A DNA stretch of 62,850 nt, the filler included, from Nemertoderma westbladi (taxonomy: Eukaryota; Animalia; Xenacoelomorpha), in the NCBI GenBank assembly GCA_032718475.1. It is 4 parts of 4 records of this genome, joined end to end, with 100 filler letters (N's around TTAATTAATTAA, not from the genome) between each part and the next. Parts side by side here need not be neighbours in the genome. Positions count along the whole stretch, not along the records: positions 1 to 21,802 come from JAUCBJ010002352.1; 3 more parts are not named here. One strand, written 5' to 3'. The position numbers were made by a program, and so were the translations under genes. Shown in pieces: positions 1 through 11,839 of the stretch; the stretch's first letter is position 1; each line of letters starts with the position of its first letter. The notes beneath the pieces were generated by a model that did not search any database, was not told where the DNA came from, and was given only the letters and a program-made list of their open reading frames with translations.

Positions 1-472
1 TGGTAATTTAACATTGAGACGAAATAATAATTCGCCGAGATGGAATGCGTCAAGTTTTCCCCTTGTCTCCAGTTTTTATAACAATGATTAATATCAAAGA
101 ATAACAAATATATGTTATTATCAAAGATGAAAAAGGTGTCAATAGTAAAAATTACTCCCCCCCCCCCCCCATCCATCAGTGGACTTCAGAGATCAACATT
201 GTCACAAATAAGAGTATAGGGAGATACACACACAGGAAAAACAAAAAAGGGAAAATTTAAAATTAATTTATAATTATCCTTGTGAAGTTATTGAATGTTT
301 TTTTGCTGATAGGCAACACGGTCTGCCTCATTAGAAAAAAAAGATATTGCAAATCCAAACAACCTATTTTGGACCGAGTCAGGACTGTGATAAATCCGCG
401 ATATAGTTGTGGTCGTTCAAATATTTGTTGCAGGTCTACCTGTCTGTGTTGAAGCCAATTATTAAGTAACTA

Positions 473-1122
473 GACTTAGTATATGACTTAGTTAGTATAT
501 GACTTAGTTAGTATATGACTTAGTTAGTATATGACTTAGTTAGTATATGACTTAGTTAGTATATGACTTAGTTAGTATATGACTTAGTTAGTATATGACT
601 TAGTTAGTATATGACTTAGTTAGTATATGACTTAGTTAGTATATGACTTAGTTAGTATATGACTTAGTTAGTATATGACTTAGTTAGTATATGACTTAGT
701 TAGTATATGACATAGTTAGTAAATGACTTAGTTAGTATATGACTTAGTTAGTATATGACTTAGTTAGTATATGACTTAGTTAGTATGTGACTTAGTTAGT
801 ATATGACTTAGTTAGTATATATCTTAGTTAGTATGACTTAGTTAGTATATGACTTAGTTAGTATATGACTTAGTTAGAATATCTCTTAGTTAGTATATGA
901 CTTAGTTAGTATATGATTTAGTTTGTATATGACTTAGTTAGTATATGACTTAGTTAGTAAATGACTTAGTTAGTAAATGACTTAGTTAGTAAATGACTTA
1001 GTTAGTATATGATTTAGTTAGAATATCTCTTAGTTAGTATATATCTTAGTTAGTATATGACTTAGTTAGTAAATGACTTAGTTAGTATATGACTTAGTTA
1101 GAATATCTCTTAGTTAGTATAT
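473..1122. repeat. 16-bp tandem satellite (GACTTAGTTAGTATAT)n, about 40 copies
   Basis: Directly visible periodic repeat with a few variant units. Confidence 0.97.
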
Positions 1123-3373
1123 GATGGCTTAAAGTTCCCACTGTGCGAAGGCCCCGGATCTTTAACTCTACGTGTAACTAAATTTTTGGATGGATTCCCA
1201 AGGACTGACTGTAATACCTCTAATAATCAAATCAATACACATTTCAATTGTATTTACATAACCAGTGTAGATAAAGTAAGTATATTATTAACCAATTATT
1301 TTATCGCATACCAGAATAAATTTGCGGCGCACTCCAATTTGCACGAAATAACCTAAGACCTGCGCTTGTTGCAGGACAAAACAAAACGCATTTTAATTAC
1401 AACCTCACCGGTCACAAAATTAAATTGTTCCCTCAATCTAATTGGTCTTCTTATGAATACAAATGATAAAGGCTTTGACAGTGGCCATTAAGTGAGTGGC
1501 TATAGATGACCCAGCGAAGGGCCCTACTACCATCCACTGCTATCTGCTAGGCTATTTACCCGACAGTCTGCGCTCTGGATGAGCAATCCTAGGTGGCGTG
1601 TAATCCCATTACGGAAGAGTAAACTCAATTTGCTCAGGTTCGTAACGAAAACTGGATGGTGTTCTGATTTATTAAATTAATTCCGCATACGGGTTAATCA
1701 CAAGTTATATAATCGGATTTGCTCGTCCAATGTAATCAACGTGGCATTATTTGCCTAACGGGTGTATCGTTCGATCTTGGAAGCACATAACCGCAAACAC
1801 ACCCCATAAGAACTCATAATCCAAATTATTTTCTCACTTATCCATATAAGTCAATTTCTAATTAACTCGTGAAAGATTATAAGATATGTAGGATTATCCA
1901 TAAGAAGATGAATAAAGGCTAATAGAAAGCCCTTTCACTCTGCTATGCTAAATAAATTTACGACTAGAAACAAATCGACACAATTATTGTTTCCGATTTC
2001 CGAACATCCATCCTGCCGTACGTACGTTATGCAGAATGTTCAGGTTTAAACTTAGTTTTCATGGAACCATGAAAACGGTGCAACACGATGCGACGCTCTC
2101 AGCTGTTCCGAGTTCCTCCCATAACTATCATCGTTTGAATTTACATAGAATGGAAATAAATTCTAGTTATATGTTTGATTGTTTTATCTAGAGTCATAAA
2201 TAGGCCATAAATACTGTTGTTAATATAGTTTACAGAAATATTATGTACATTTTTGGACTCTGTCGTTCCATGGGGTAAATTTTATTCATTTTTTATATTT
2301 AGCCTATTCGAAGAAAATATTGAAAATTACCAAAATTTTCGAAAAAATTTCAATAATAATTTTTATATAAAAAAAGTAAAAGTAAAAAATTTAGATATTT
2401 TCAAATTTTGAAAAGTGCAGTTTTGTTGTTAAAAACTGTTACGTTTGTTTGACGCAGACAATTTAGACTCTCCAACTTTACAAAAAATAATTTATCTTAG
2501 TGGGCATAATACATTGTAAGGAGATTCCAACACAAGCGATTTTTATAAATAATTGCATCTGCATCTGCAAAGGATTCAGTGTAGCATATTGACCAGCCCT
2601 GTAATTAACGTAACGTAATATAAGAGTACAAGTCCTGTTACAGGTGGATTGCATTGTACTGTAGTATGTCAATATTGTCTTATTGGAAAATTGTGGTGTC
2701 AGAGGGATGACTTGATGAAATTAACGAGATAATCTGCGGACGGCCTTAATCGGATTACCTCATGTCCAAATCATTAGAACGTGTTACTCCATATGACGCA
2801 GCACCTGTAGATTGGGCTACTCCCTGGGGCCTTTAATTTGTTCACAGTAAAATCAGAGTAATGGCATCATCATACGTGGTTGCTATAAGCTAATTACCTG
2901 AAAGTGGCATTGGAACCGGTCTGCTGGGCCTAAATCCTGCCCGGCTATTGATCCAACAACGCGCTCAATGTGATTTCGCATAGTTTGTTTGCGCAAATGG
3001 TAATTGGTTTAATTAAATCATTATCATTACTGCTTTGTTGATAGAGCGGCGACCTACTACATTCCAGAAGGAATTTTGTTATCGAAGAAGCATTCATATT
3101 CAAGATTAGCCGGGAATGTTAATACTACAGGATCGGTTGATAGGTGATACACAATACTGTTTTAGGTATTGTATGCTCGAGTGATAATAATTAGCAGATA
3201 TTAACTTTCTAACAGTTGGAATTTAATTAAGTTTATAAATCTTGCGTAGAGATTAAAAAGTGCCTTTTTGTATAAGCAATAAAGCAATAAATAAATAAAA
3301 ATGAGATAAAATGAAAAGTAAAGTTAATTATTATAATATCATATTATCTTATCCTTATTTAATTGATTTTCAG

Positions 3374-3489
3374 GTTGCATCAAAGTATCCCGTCGTTGCC
3401 TGGGAACACCAGAACCGATTCCGCTGCAAGTAGCCAACCAGAGATCGCTGGAAACAAAGTGGACAACAATAATTCCGGCCAAACAAACA
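3374..3489 (+). CDS. Probable internal coding exon of an unidentified host gene (LHQSIPSLPG...NNNSGQTN)
   Basis: Acceptor TTTTCAG|, open frame, donor |GTGGGT. Phase is compatible with the exon at 3754. Confidence 0.55.
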
Positions 3490-3753
3490 GTGGGTGTTAT
3501 TTACTACAGTAGACGGCACTTATTATTTTCTGTAAAATAATTTTCGGTAAAATAAAGACGTTCATATAAACATATATAGGCCCTACTAACAAACACTTCG
3601 AAAATACAACTTGCCAACTATTTGTTAATACTATACTTAATAAAAATCAGGGCTAATAAAAGGGCATCAGGCTTTGAAATTCTCGGCTTCTGCTGCGAGG
3701 TCCCATGTTCTAAACCGACTAATAAATATAATTATTTTATTTTCCCTTTGCAG

Positions 3754-3956
3754 AGCCGTGCAAATGTTCTTACTGCAACGTCGGAGGCGGCGCAGTCTAT
3801 CCTATTGGTCAAGCAACCAATGAAATCCACGGTCAAATGTGGGGTCAACACAACCAAGGGTTGCTAGGCAACCTTCGTGTACCTCTACCGGCTCCGTTTA
3901 ACCCCCTAATGAACCAGCAGGCCGCTCTCTGGAGATCGTTGTATGGACTGCGCTAG
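3754..3956 (+). CDS. Probable terminal coding exon (KPCKCSYCNVGGG...WRSLYGLR*)
   Basis: Polypyrimidine acceptor TTTTCCCTTTGCAG|, 66 open codons to TAG, GC richer than the flanks, followed by an AT-rich UTR-like stretch. Confidence 0.6.
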
Positions 3957-4231
3957 GAAACGAACACATCCAACCTGTTAATTAATATCACCATGTTGTT
4001 GTGCAATAACTTATTATTATTATTTATAAAAATAACTTGTTAATTTACGGGTAGAATAGAACACAACATAACCGTTACATTGACCCTTATTGACAACTTT
4101 TTATTTTAATACGTCTCGCATGTTAGAAACCCTGCAGTGTTCATTGTTGTTTTACATTTACTGTATGTAGTCGGCCTACGGTTGCATTCATCCCGTAATA
4201 ATATATAGGCATTTAGATGTCAACTGCTTAA

Positions 4232-6787
4232 GGAGAGATGGAACCCTTAGATTTTTTTTTATACAATCGCCTTTTTATCAAATGCGCCGTTTTGGTCCTA
4301 AAACACAAGGAGTTAACTAAACGCAATGAGTTAAAAATAAACACAAGGAGTTACAGTAACTAAATACAATGAGTTAAAAAAAACACAAGGAGTTAACTAA
4401 TTACAATGAGTTAAAAAAACACAAGGAGTTAGTTAACTAAACACAATGAGTTAAAAAAAACAGAAGGAGTTACAGTAACTAAACACAATGAGTTAAAAAT
4501 AAACACAAGGAGTTACAGTAACTAAATACAATGAGTTAAAAAAAACACAAGGAGTTAACTAAACACAATGAGTTAAAAAAAACATAAGGAGTTAACTAAA
4601 CACAATGAGTTAAAAAAAACACAAGGAGTTAACTAAACACAGTGAGTTTAAAAAAAAAAACACAAGGAGTTAACTAAACACAATGAGTTAAAAAAAACAT
4701 AAGGAGTTAACTAAACACAATGAGTTAAAAAAAAACACAAGGAGTTAACTAAACACAATGAGTTAAAAATAAACACAAGGAGTTACAGTAACTAAATACA
4801 ATGAGTTAAAAAAAACACAAGGAGTTAACTAAACACAATGAGTTAAAAAAAACACAAGGAGTTAACTAAACACAATGAGTTAAAAAAAACACAAGGAGTT
4901 AACTAAACACAGTGAGTTTAAAAAAAACACAAGGAGTTAACTAAACACAATGAGTTTAAAAAAACATAAGGAATTAACTAAACACAATGAGTTAAAAATA
5001 AACACAAGCAGTTACAGTAACTAAATACAATGAGTTAAAAAAAACACAAGGAGTTAACTAAACACAGTGAGTTAAAAAAACACAATGAGTTAACTAAACA
5101 CAATGAGTTAAAAAAAACACAAGGAGTAACTAAACACAGTGAGTTTTAAAAAAAACACAAGGAGTTAACTAAACACAATGAGTTAAAAAAAACATAAGGA
5201 GTTAACTAAACACAATGAGTTAAAAATAAACACAAGGAGTTACAGTAACTAAATACAATGAGTTAAAAAAAAACACAAGTAGTTAACTAATTACAATGAG
5301 TTAAAAAAACACAAGGAGTTAGTTAACTAAACACAATGAGTTAAAAAAAACACAAGGAGTTAACTAAACACAATGAGTTAAAAAAAACACAAGGAGTTAA
5401 CTAAACACAATGAGTTAAAAAAAACACAAGGTGTTAACTAAACACAATGAGTTAAAAATAAACACAAGGAGTTACAGTAACTAAATACAATGAGTTAAAA
5501 AAAACGCAAGGAGTTAACTAAACACAGTGAGTTTAAAAAAAACACAAGGAGTTAACTAAACACAATGAGTTAAAATAAACACAAGGAGTTAACTAAACAC
5601 AATGAGTTAAAAATAAACACAAGGAGTTACAGTAACTAAATACAATGAGTTAAAAAAAACACAAGGAGTTAACTAAACACAGTGAGTTTAAAAAAAAACA
5701 CAAGGAGTTAACTAAACACAATGAGTTAAAAAAAACACAAGGAGTTAACTAAACACAATGAGTTAAAAAAAACCCAAGGTGTTAACTAAACACAATGAGT
5801 TAAAAAAAAACACAACGAGTTACAGCAACTAAATACAATGAGTTAAAAAAAACACAAGGAGTTAACTAAACACAGTGAGTTTAAAAAAAAACACAAGGAG
5901 TTAACTAAACACAATGAGTTAAAAAAAACACAAGGAGTTAACTAAACACAATGAGTTAAAAATAAACACAAGGAGTTACAGTAACTAAATACAATGAGTT
6001 AAAAAAAACACAAGGAGTTAACTAATTACAATGAGCTAAAAAAACACAAGGAGTTAACTAAACACAATGAGTTAAAAAAAACACAAGGAGTTAACTAAAC
6101 ACAATGAGTTAAAAATAAACACAAGGAGTTACAGTAACTAAATACAATGAGTTAAAAAAAACACAAGGAGTTAACTAAACACAGTGAGTTTAAAAAAAAA
6201 CACAAGGAGTTAACTAAACACAATGAGTTAAAAAAAACACAAGGAGTTAACTAAACACAATGAGTTAAAAATAAACACAAGGAGTTACAGTAACTAAATA
6301 CAATGAGTTAAAAAAAACACAAGGAGTTAACTAATTACAATGAGTTTAATAAACACAAGGAGTTAACTAAACACAATGAGTTAAAAAAAACACAATGAGT
6401 TAACTAAACACAGTGAGTTTAAAAAAAAACACAAGGAGTTAACTAAACACAATGAGTTAAAAAAACACAAGGAGTTAACTAAACACTATGAGTTAAAAAA
6501 TACACAAGGAGTTAACTAAACACAATTGAGTTAAAAAAACACAAGGAGTTAACTAAATACAACCAGTCATTTTTTCGAATGTAAACTAAAACTTTCACTA
6601 TGGGGGTTTTCCTGGTCCGTGATTTCAGTTCCGACGCCAGTTACGATTGACAGATTGTAATCAGAGATTCAAACGGTTTTGGCTTATGATATGGCTTTAA
6701 AGTGTCAAAATCTATAAGTTACGGAAAATTGTGATCATAATCAACTAAAAATATTTTTTTGAAAAATATTAAGGGTTCCATCTCGTC
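4232..6787. mobile_element. Non-autonomous TIR element carrying an internal satellite
   Basis: GAGATGGAACCCTTA near 4235 and its reverse complement TAAGGGTTCCATCTC near 6770. TTAA on the left, CTAA/TAAA on the right. Confidence 0.55.
4300..6562. repeat. Tandem satellite of about 37-43 bp with dimeric substructure (ACACAAGGAGTTAACTAA / ACACAATGAGTTAAAAAA)
   Basis: Directly visible. An ACAGTA-insertion variant recurs. Confidence 0.97.
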
Positions 6788-8061
6788 TAAATTAATAATA
6801 CAGTAATTGCTCAAAAAGATTTATATTAAGTATTCAAATTATAGTTAATGTATGAATGTAAGACTGTTGGACCTCCAGTAGTATTCCGTTTAAATAAAAT
6901 GGAACTGAATTGTTGTAATCGCGTGGTTGTTGCTGTTGTTATTGTTTGGTGCAAATAAATGTAGGCCTACCGATTGATTTCGTAATTAAAATGTAATAAC
7001 CTGATCTGCAATAACATACTGTTTTAACATTTAACTAAAAAATCATATAAAATTGAGATTTTGATACCTCAAAGGATCTCAATAACGTAAACACTTTCAC
7101 GTTGCACGCTTTACACCCCAGCCTCGAGCGAAAAATAGGTAACAGAATATAGGAAAGGTAATGGTTTAAGCACCCCAACTAGCTAAACTCTAAGTAGATT
7201 TCAGGCAAAAAGTAATGTCATCCTTTAACTTGTAAGAAAAGTGACACCAGTAGTTGGTTAACATCGCAAATTACAATCTGCTTGCAAATAATTTGTATAA
7301 TTTCAAAAACGGCTTGGGGCTCGTAATAGGATATTTAAGAGCATCTCTAATACTGGCTAGATGTATGGAGGATTATGTGATTGATTTTACTGTAATAAAA
7401 TAATACCCTTCTGGCGAATAGGGGGCATGTTTTTTTCCTATTATTCGTCATTAGTATTCGAAGTAGCTCTGAAAAAAACACGGATTAACTAAATAGCTAT
7501 CATTTTCCTATAAATAAATTAGTCTTAACTTTATGAACAATACAATCTTAACAATTGGTATTAATATAAACGAAATAAAATTTGTCGTAATCCTTTAAGT
7601 CAGTAATGGGAAATTATTTATTAAAGTCATTAATGGGAAATCATTAATAAGAACATTCATGTTATTTGGTAGTATATCTGATTGAGTATTGTAGTGCCGG
7701 CTAATTGTTTTTATTGTAACTGGGATACCTTTTAAATGCCTGCCAACTATCGTAAACCCCATTTGGGCTAATGTAATTTTGCAATTCAATTAAATGATTG
7801 AGGGGGTTGTACTGTACAGGTGAGAAAATATCAAAAATAATTTCCTCTTTTTGAACTCATTTTTGATATTTTCGATACATTCGAGAAGATTTCTGCGATA
7901 AGTTTTCGAATGTTAAATGTGTCTTCCAACTTTGAGAAACAGGGGGGGGGGGGGGGGGGACTTGTCGCAAATCCCAGTTGTTATTTTTTTTATTTTAAAA
8001 CTGACTTCTGTGTTTTTTTAATATATTATTGGTGTTATGGGTGAATGCGTGGCTTCATATA

Positions 8062-8341
8062 ACTTTTTGTTGGGCACAGCTTTTGCAAAGTTGGCAATGT
8101 CTTGCCTAAATTAGTAGCTAGAGTGTATAATTAATCATTTTGGCCGTGATGGTTCATGGTTAAACCCTTTCATTGTAGCGAGTGGTTAAAGACGGCCAAG
8201 TACTGTAGAGTTGAGCACAGTGGCAGTATATGATGGTGTTGAGAGATGGGAAGCCATGAGGAGGTAAATTGCGGACATACAAGGTATCAGATAGTATTTC
8301 CAAGTCTATATTTTACCCAAAAGCTGTGCCCAACAAAAAGT
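8062..8341. mobile_element. MITE-like element with 24-bp perfect inverted repeats
   Basis: ACTTTTTGTTGGGCACAGCTTTTG (8062-8085) and its reverse complement (8318-8341). Confidence 0.5.
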
Positions 8342-8904
8342 AATGGTGTTTGTTTTATAATGATTTTGGTTTTTTTTTATAATTTATACTTTTTCAGAAC
8401 AACTACATTATCAATCACTGCTGCCTAAGAGCGACGTAAACCTGAGACTTCAAAAACTTTCGGTAAACCTGGGTATGATTTACAATGCCAGGAATCCAAT
8501 CATTAGTTACTACTACTTAGTGTATGAGTGATCGTGAAACTTCCGAGTTTAGTGACCCAAGCTACTGGTCTCACCGAAGCGACGGTTTCATAAAAGGCTG
8601 ATTAAAAGAAAGAAACTAGCTCATGAGGAACAGATAGTTTTAAATAAACTCAATATAGCAGAAACAAAACCATGGACCCTGTTTAATGAGTTTAAAGCTC
8701 CTGCAGTCGCTCTAATTGAGAGAACCTCTGAGGTAATCGAATGATCCACATACTGTAATATGGGAGAGTCCCCATCTACAACAGCGGAGGAGCGCAAACT
8801 TGATGATGGTTTAACACTCTGATAACAGAAGAAGAATTAGCTGAAGCTGTGCAAAACTCCTACAAAAAGAAAGCTAGAGGCCCAGACGCATCTATAATGA
8901 ACAC

Positions 8905-10094
8905 GCATTAACGAACATAATGATCTGGCTGTTATCTTTGTTGACTTCTTCAAGGCCTTTGATTCAGTCTCTCGCTCACGTATGTTCAGCATACTTTCAT
9001 TATATGGGATTCCTGATGAAATTATTGCAGCAATCAGATCAGTATACGATGGTTCGACAACATTTGTGTCTACTGTTGACGGTGACACAGAACCATTTGA
9101 AGTGTTATGGGGCGTCCTCCAAGGAGACACACTTGCACCATTCTTGTTCATTATTGTGGTTGACTATGTTCTACGCATGTCCTTAGATCATCATAATGAT
9201 GATGGGGTGATGATAACTCCACCTACTGGCTCCAGAAGTCGAGGAAATCCTGCCAAGTACCTAACTGATCTAGACTTTGCTGATGACTTAGGAGTACTCT
9301 CAGAATCATTAGAGGGAGCCCAACGGCTCCTCAGCTCATTAGAACATGCTGCTTCTAGTGTTGGTCTTTTTATTAACTCCAGAAAGACCAAAATTCTGAC
9401 AGTTAACTTAGAAAGTCCTCAGCAAGTCTCTGATCGGATGAGCATAAGCTCAAAGGATGGTATGCTTGAGCATGTGGACGACTTCTGTTACCTGGGATCA
9501 TGGATCCGGAAGTCAGGTGAAGACCTTCGAATACGTAAGGGAAAGGCAAGGGCAGCCTTGAATAGGCTTTCCAGGATTTGGAAGTCACCGAGAATTAATC
9601 GGAAACTTAAGGTCCGATTATTTAGAGCAGCAGTAGTTCCAGTACTCCTCTACGGGAGTCCATGCTGGGCTCTAACTGCTGAGGACACCAAATCTCTGGA
9701 TGGCACATTCACAAGAATGCTACGCCGGGTTCATTGTGTCAAGTACAATGCACACATCTCCAACCAGACACTATATAACATTGGAGGTGTCTCATTGGTT
9801 CCCCCAAGCTTGACACTAGAACAAAATCGCCTCCGCTTTGCAGGACATTGCTTTCGCCGTGAGGACCAGCCAGTGCATAATCTTGTACTTTGGCAGCCTC
9901 ATGGAGTGAATAAGCATGGTGGACAGCCCATGACTTTCTTGAGACGCATCTTAAAGGACACTGTCCTTGAAGATGCGGATGATCTAGCAAATGTCATGGG
10001 TGATAGGGAGTTGTGGCGGTGCAATTTTGTTGACAAGCCGGCACAGCATTCTTAAAAATGCAGCTGCAATGCAGCATGCCGATCCTAGTAGTAG
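8905..10094 (+). mobile_element. 5'-truncated RTE-clade non-LTR retrotransposon with 12-bp TSD
   Basis: TSD TATAATGAACAC at 8893-8904 and 10095-10106, (TAG)n tail, RT ORF inside. Confidence 0.85.
8982..10055 (+). CDS. RTE-type reverse transcriptase, C-terminal part
   Basis: Motifs DFFKAFDS (just upstream), GVLQGDTLAPFLF, DLDFADD, FCYLGS, LLYGSPCW, RLRFAGH. Confidence 0.9.
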   Translation: MFSILSLYGIPDEIIAAIRSVYDGSTTFVSTVDGDTEPFEVLWGVLQGDTLAPFLFIIVVDYVLRMSLDHHNDDGVMITPPTGSRSRGNPAKYLTDLDFADDLGVLSESLEGAQRLLSSLEHAASSVGLFINSRKTKILTVNLESPQQVSDRMSISSKDGMLEHVDDFCYLGSWIRKSGEDLRIRKGKARAALNRLSRIWKSPRINRKLKVRLFRAAVVPVLLYGSPCWALTAEDTKSLDGTFTRMLRRVHCVKYNAHISNQTLYNIGGVSLVPPSLTLEQNRLRFAGHCFRREDQPVHNLVLWQPHGVNKHGGQPMTFLRRILKDTVLEDADDLANVMGDRELWRCNFVDKPAQHS

Positions 10095-10597
10095 TATAAT
10101 GAACACATCAAACAATTACGGCGACTGTCACAACTATAACTATAACATAACTATGTTATACAGCATTTGTTTCAATATTGGTTCCATTCCGTATTGGTTC
10201 CACTTCTTACTGGAATTATTAATAAGGGAGTACAGAAAAATATTGGTCTTATTTTTCCAGTGGTTATGTTTGATTTCATACATGGTAGAGGGCGGGCATT
10301 TGTAATACGAGGATCCCAGCAAAATCTGCCAATCCTGTTGCGGATCCCATAGAAGCAATGACGGATCCCAGTAGGACCACGGATCCTATAATAGTCTATG
10401 GTATCCATTGTTTACAAATTCGTAAACCGCAGATCCCATAAAAAACGATTGCAGCATTGGATCCCACTATATCACCTTTACATGTTTCTTTTGTTGTCTG
10501 CTGTTTACAAATTTGTAAATAGCTAATTCCGATCATACAATGGAATTTCCTGATTGTTGAACAGTATAACCTCGGTTCCATATATCAGTACCTGTAC

Positions 10598-11038
10598 TGG
10601 TGCGCAATGGCTCCTCAGCTCATTAGAACAGATTGCTTCTAGTGTTCGTCTTTTTGTTAACTCCAAGATGATCAAAATTTTGACAGTTAACTATGAGAGT
10701 CCTCAGGAAATCCATGATCGGATGAGCCTAAGCTCAAAGGATGTTATGCTTGAGTATATGGACGACCTGTTACCTGGGATCATGGACCTGGAAGTATGGA
10801 GGACCTTCGAATAGGTTAGGAAAAGGCATTGGCAGCATTAAATGGGCTTTCCAGGATTTGGAAGTCAAACAGAATTCATCGGAAACTTAAGGTCCGATTA
10901 TTTAGAGCAGCAGTAGTACTAGTACTCCTTTTTGGGAGTCCATGCTGGGACAAGAATGCCACGCCGGGTTCATTGTGTCAAGTATAATGCACACATCTTC
11001 AACCACACTATATAACATTGGAGGTGCCTCATTGGTTT
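10598..11038 (+). pseudogene. Degenerate second copy of the same RTE RT
   Basis: Aligns by eye to about 9315-9800 with indels. Confidence 0.85.
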
Positions 11039-11619
11039 CAAAGATATCTCGAAACCCAAGTAAGACATGATGGTAAAACGGTTTGCAGACTTGATGGAGT
11101 ATATTTAAAAAAGTGAACATTTTCGTTGGAAAACATCCCCAGGGTACTGAAGCGATAGTGATGTGTAGGCCAACATGCAACAGGTACTTCAATACAGCTA
11201 CCATGTTGATTAATCACCATGTGAAAAAATAATGGCCATCGGTACAAGTCACAAGTAAATTTTCCTAATAAAACTAGAATTTTACAAACTAGAACATATA
11301 CGCGCATCCCTGAACCACAAAATAGAAATATAAACGCCTCCCTCCAATAAGCGCCCTCCTTTGAATAAACGCCTCCCCGATTGGTAATTTATAAACTTAA
11401 ACACCACTGGGCTCTTATACAAGTAAATACAGTAGTAGGAATACCATACAACCATGCCTATTGCTACTCTAGTGAAACCTGCTACAAAGCGTACATTAGT
11501 TAAATAAATCATATTATTAATAATAGTAGAATAAATTATGCTACAAAATAGTACAGAAATACATCTCTCACATACTGTAAACACTACTAGGAGATAAGAA
11601 CAAAAATCAAAGCAAGCAA

Positions 11620-11829
11620 ACAGTGACCCATAGGCTCCTCTTTCGATAGCTGCTACCCGAGGGTAGGGGTGGGCACTACTCCTATCCCAAGATTTGCTAC
11701 CAGTTATTTAACTGGTACTCATTTTATTGACCACAGTGGATGAAAGGCTGAGTGGACCCTGGCGGGGCTGAACCTACAACCAATAGATTGCAGGCCCGGC
11801 CGGTGCTCATCCAACTGAGCTACCCCGCT
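11620..11829 (-). mobile_element. tRNA-derived SINE with conserved Meta/Sauria-like core
   Basis: Minus strand: A box TAGCTCAGTTGG, B-box-like GGTTCAGCCC, then CACTCAGCCTTTCATCC...AATAAAATGAGTACCAG. Confidence 0.7.
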
Positions 11830-11839
11830 GTTTCAAAAA

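Larger units (their letters stand above)
8640..10290 (+). pseudogene. Old LINE ORF2 remnant interrupted by the RTE insertion
   Basis: ITEEELAEAVQNSYKKKARGPD before the insertion. It resumes after the insertion as IYNEHIK...LYSICFNIGSIP (pre-RT/RT domain 0 motifs). Left boundary approximate. Confidence 0.55.

Noticed and set aside
473-6562. CRISPR-like appearance of regular repeats (also 52322-52652)
   Set aside because: Head-to-tail repeats without unique spacers, no cas genes, eukaryotic context.
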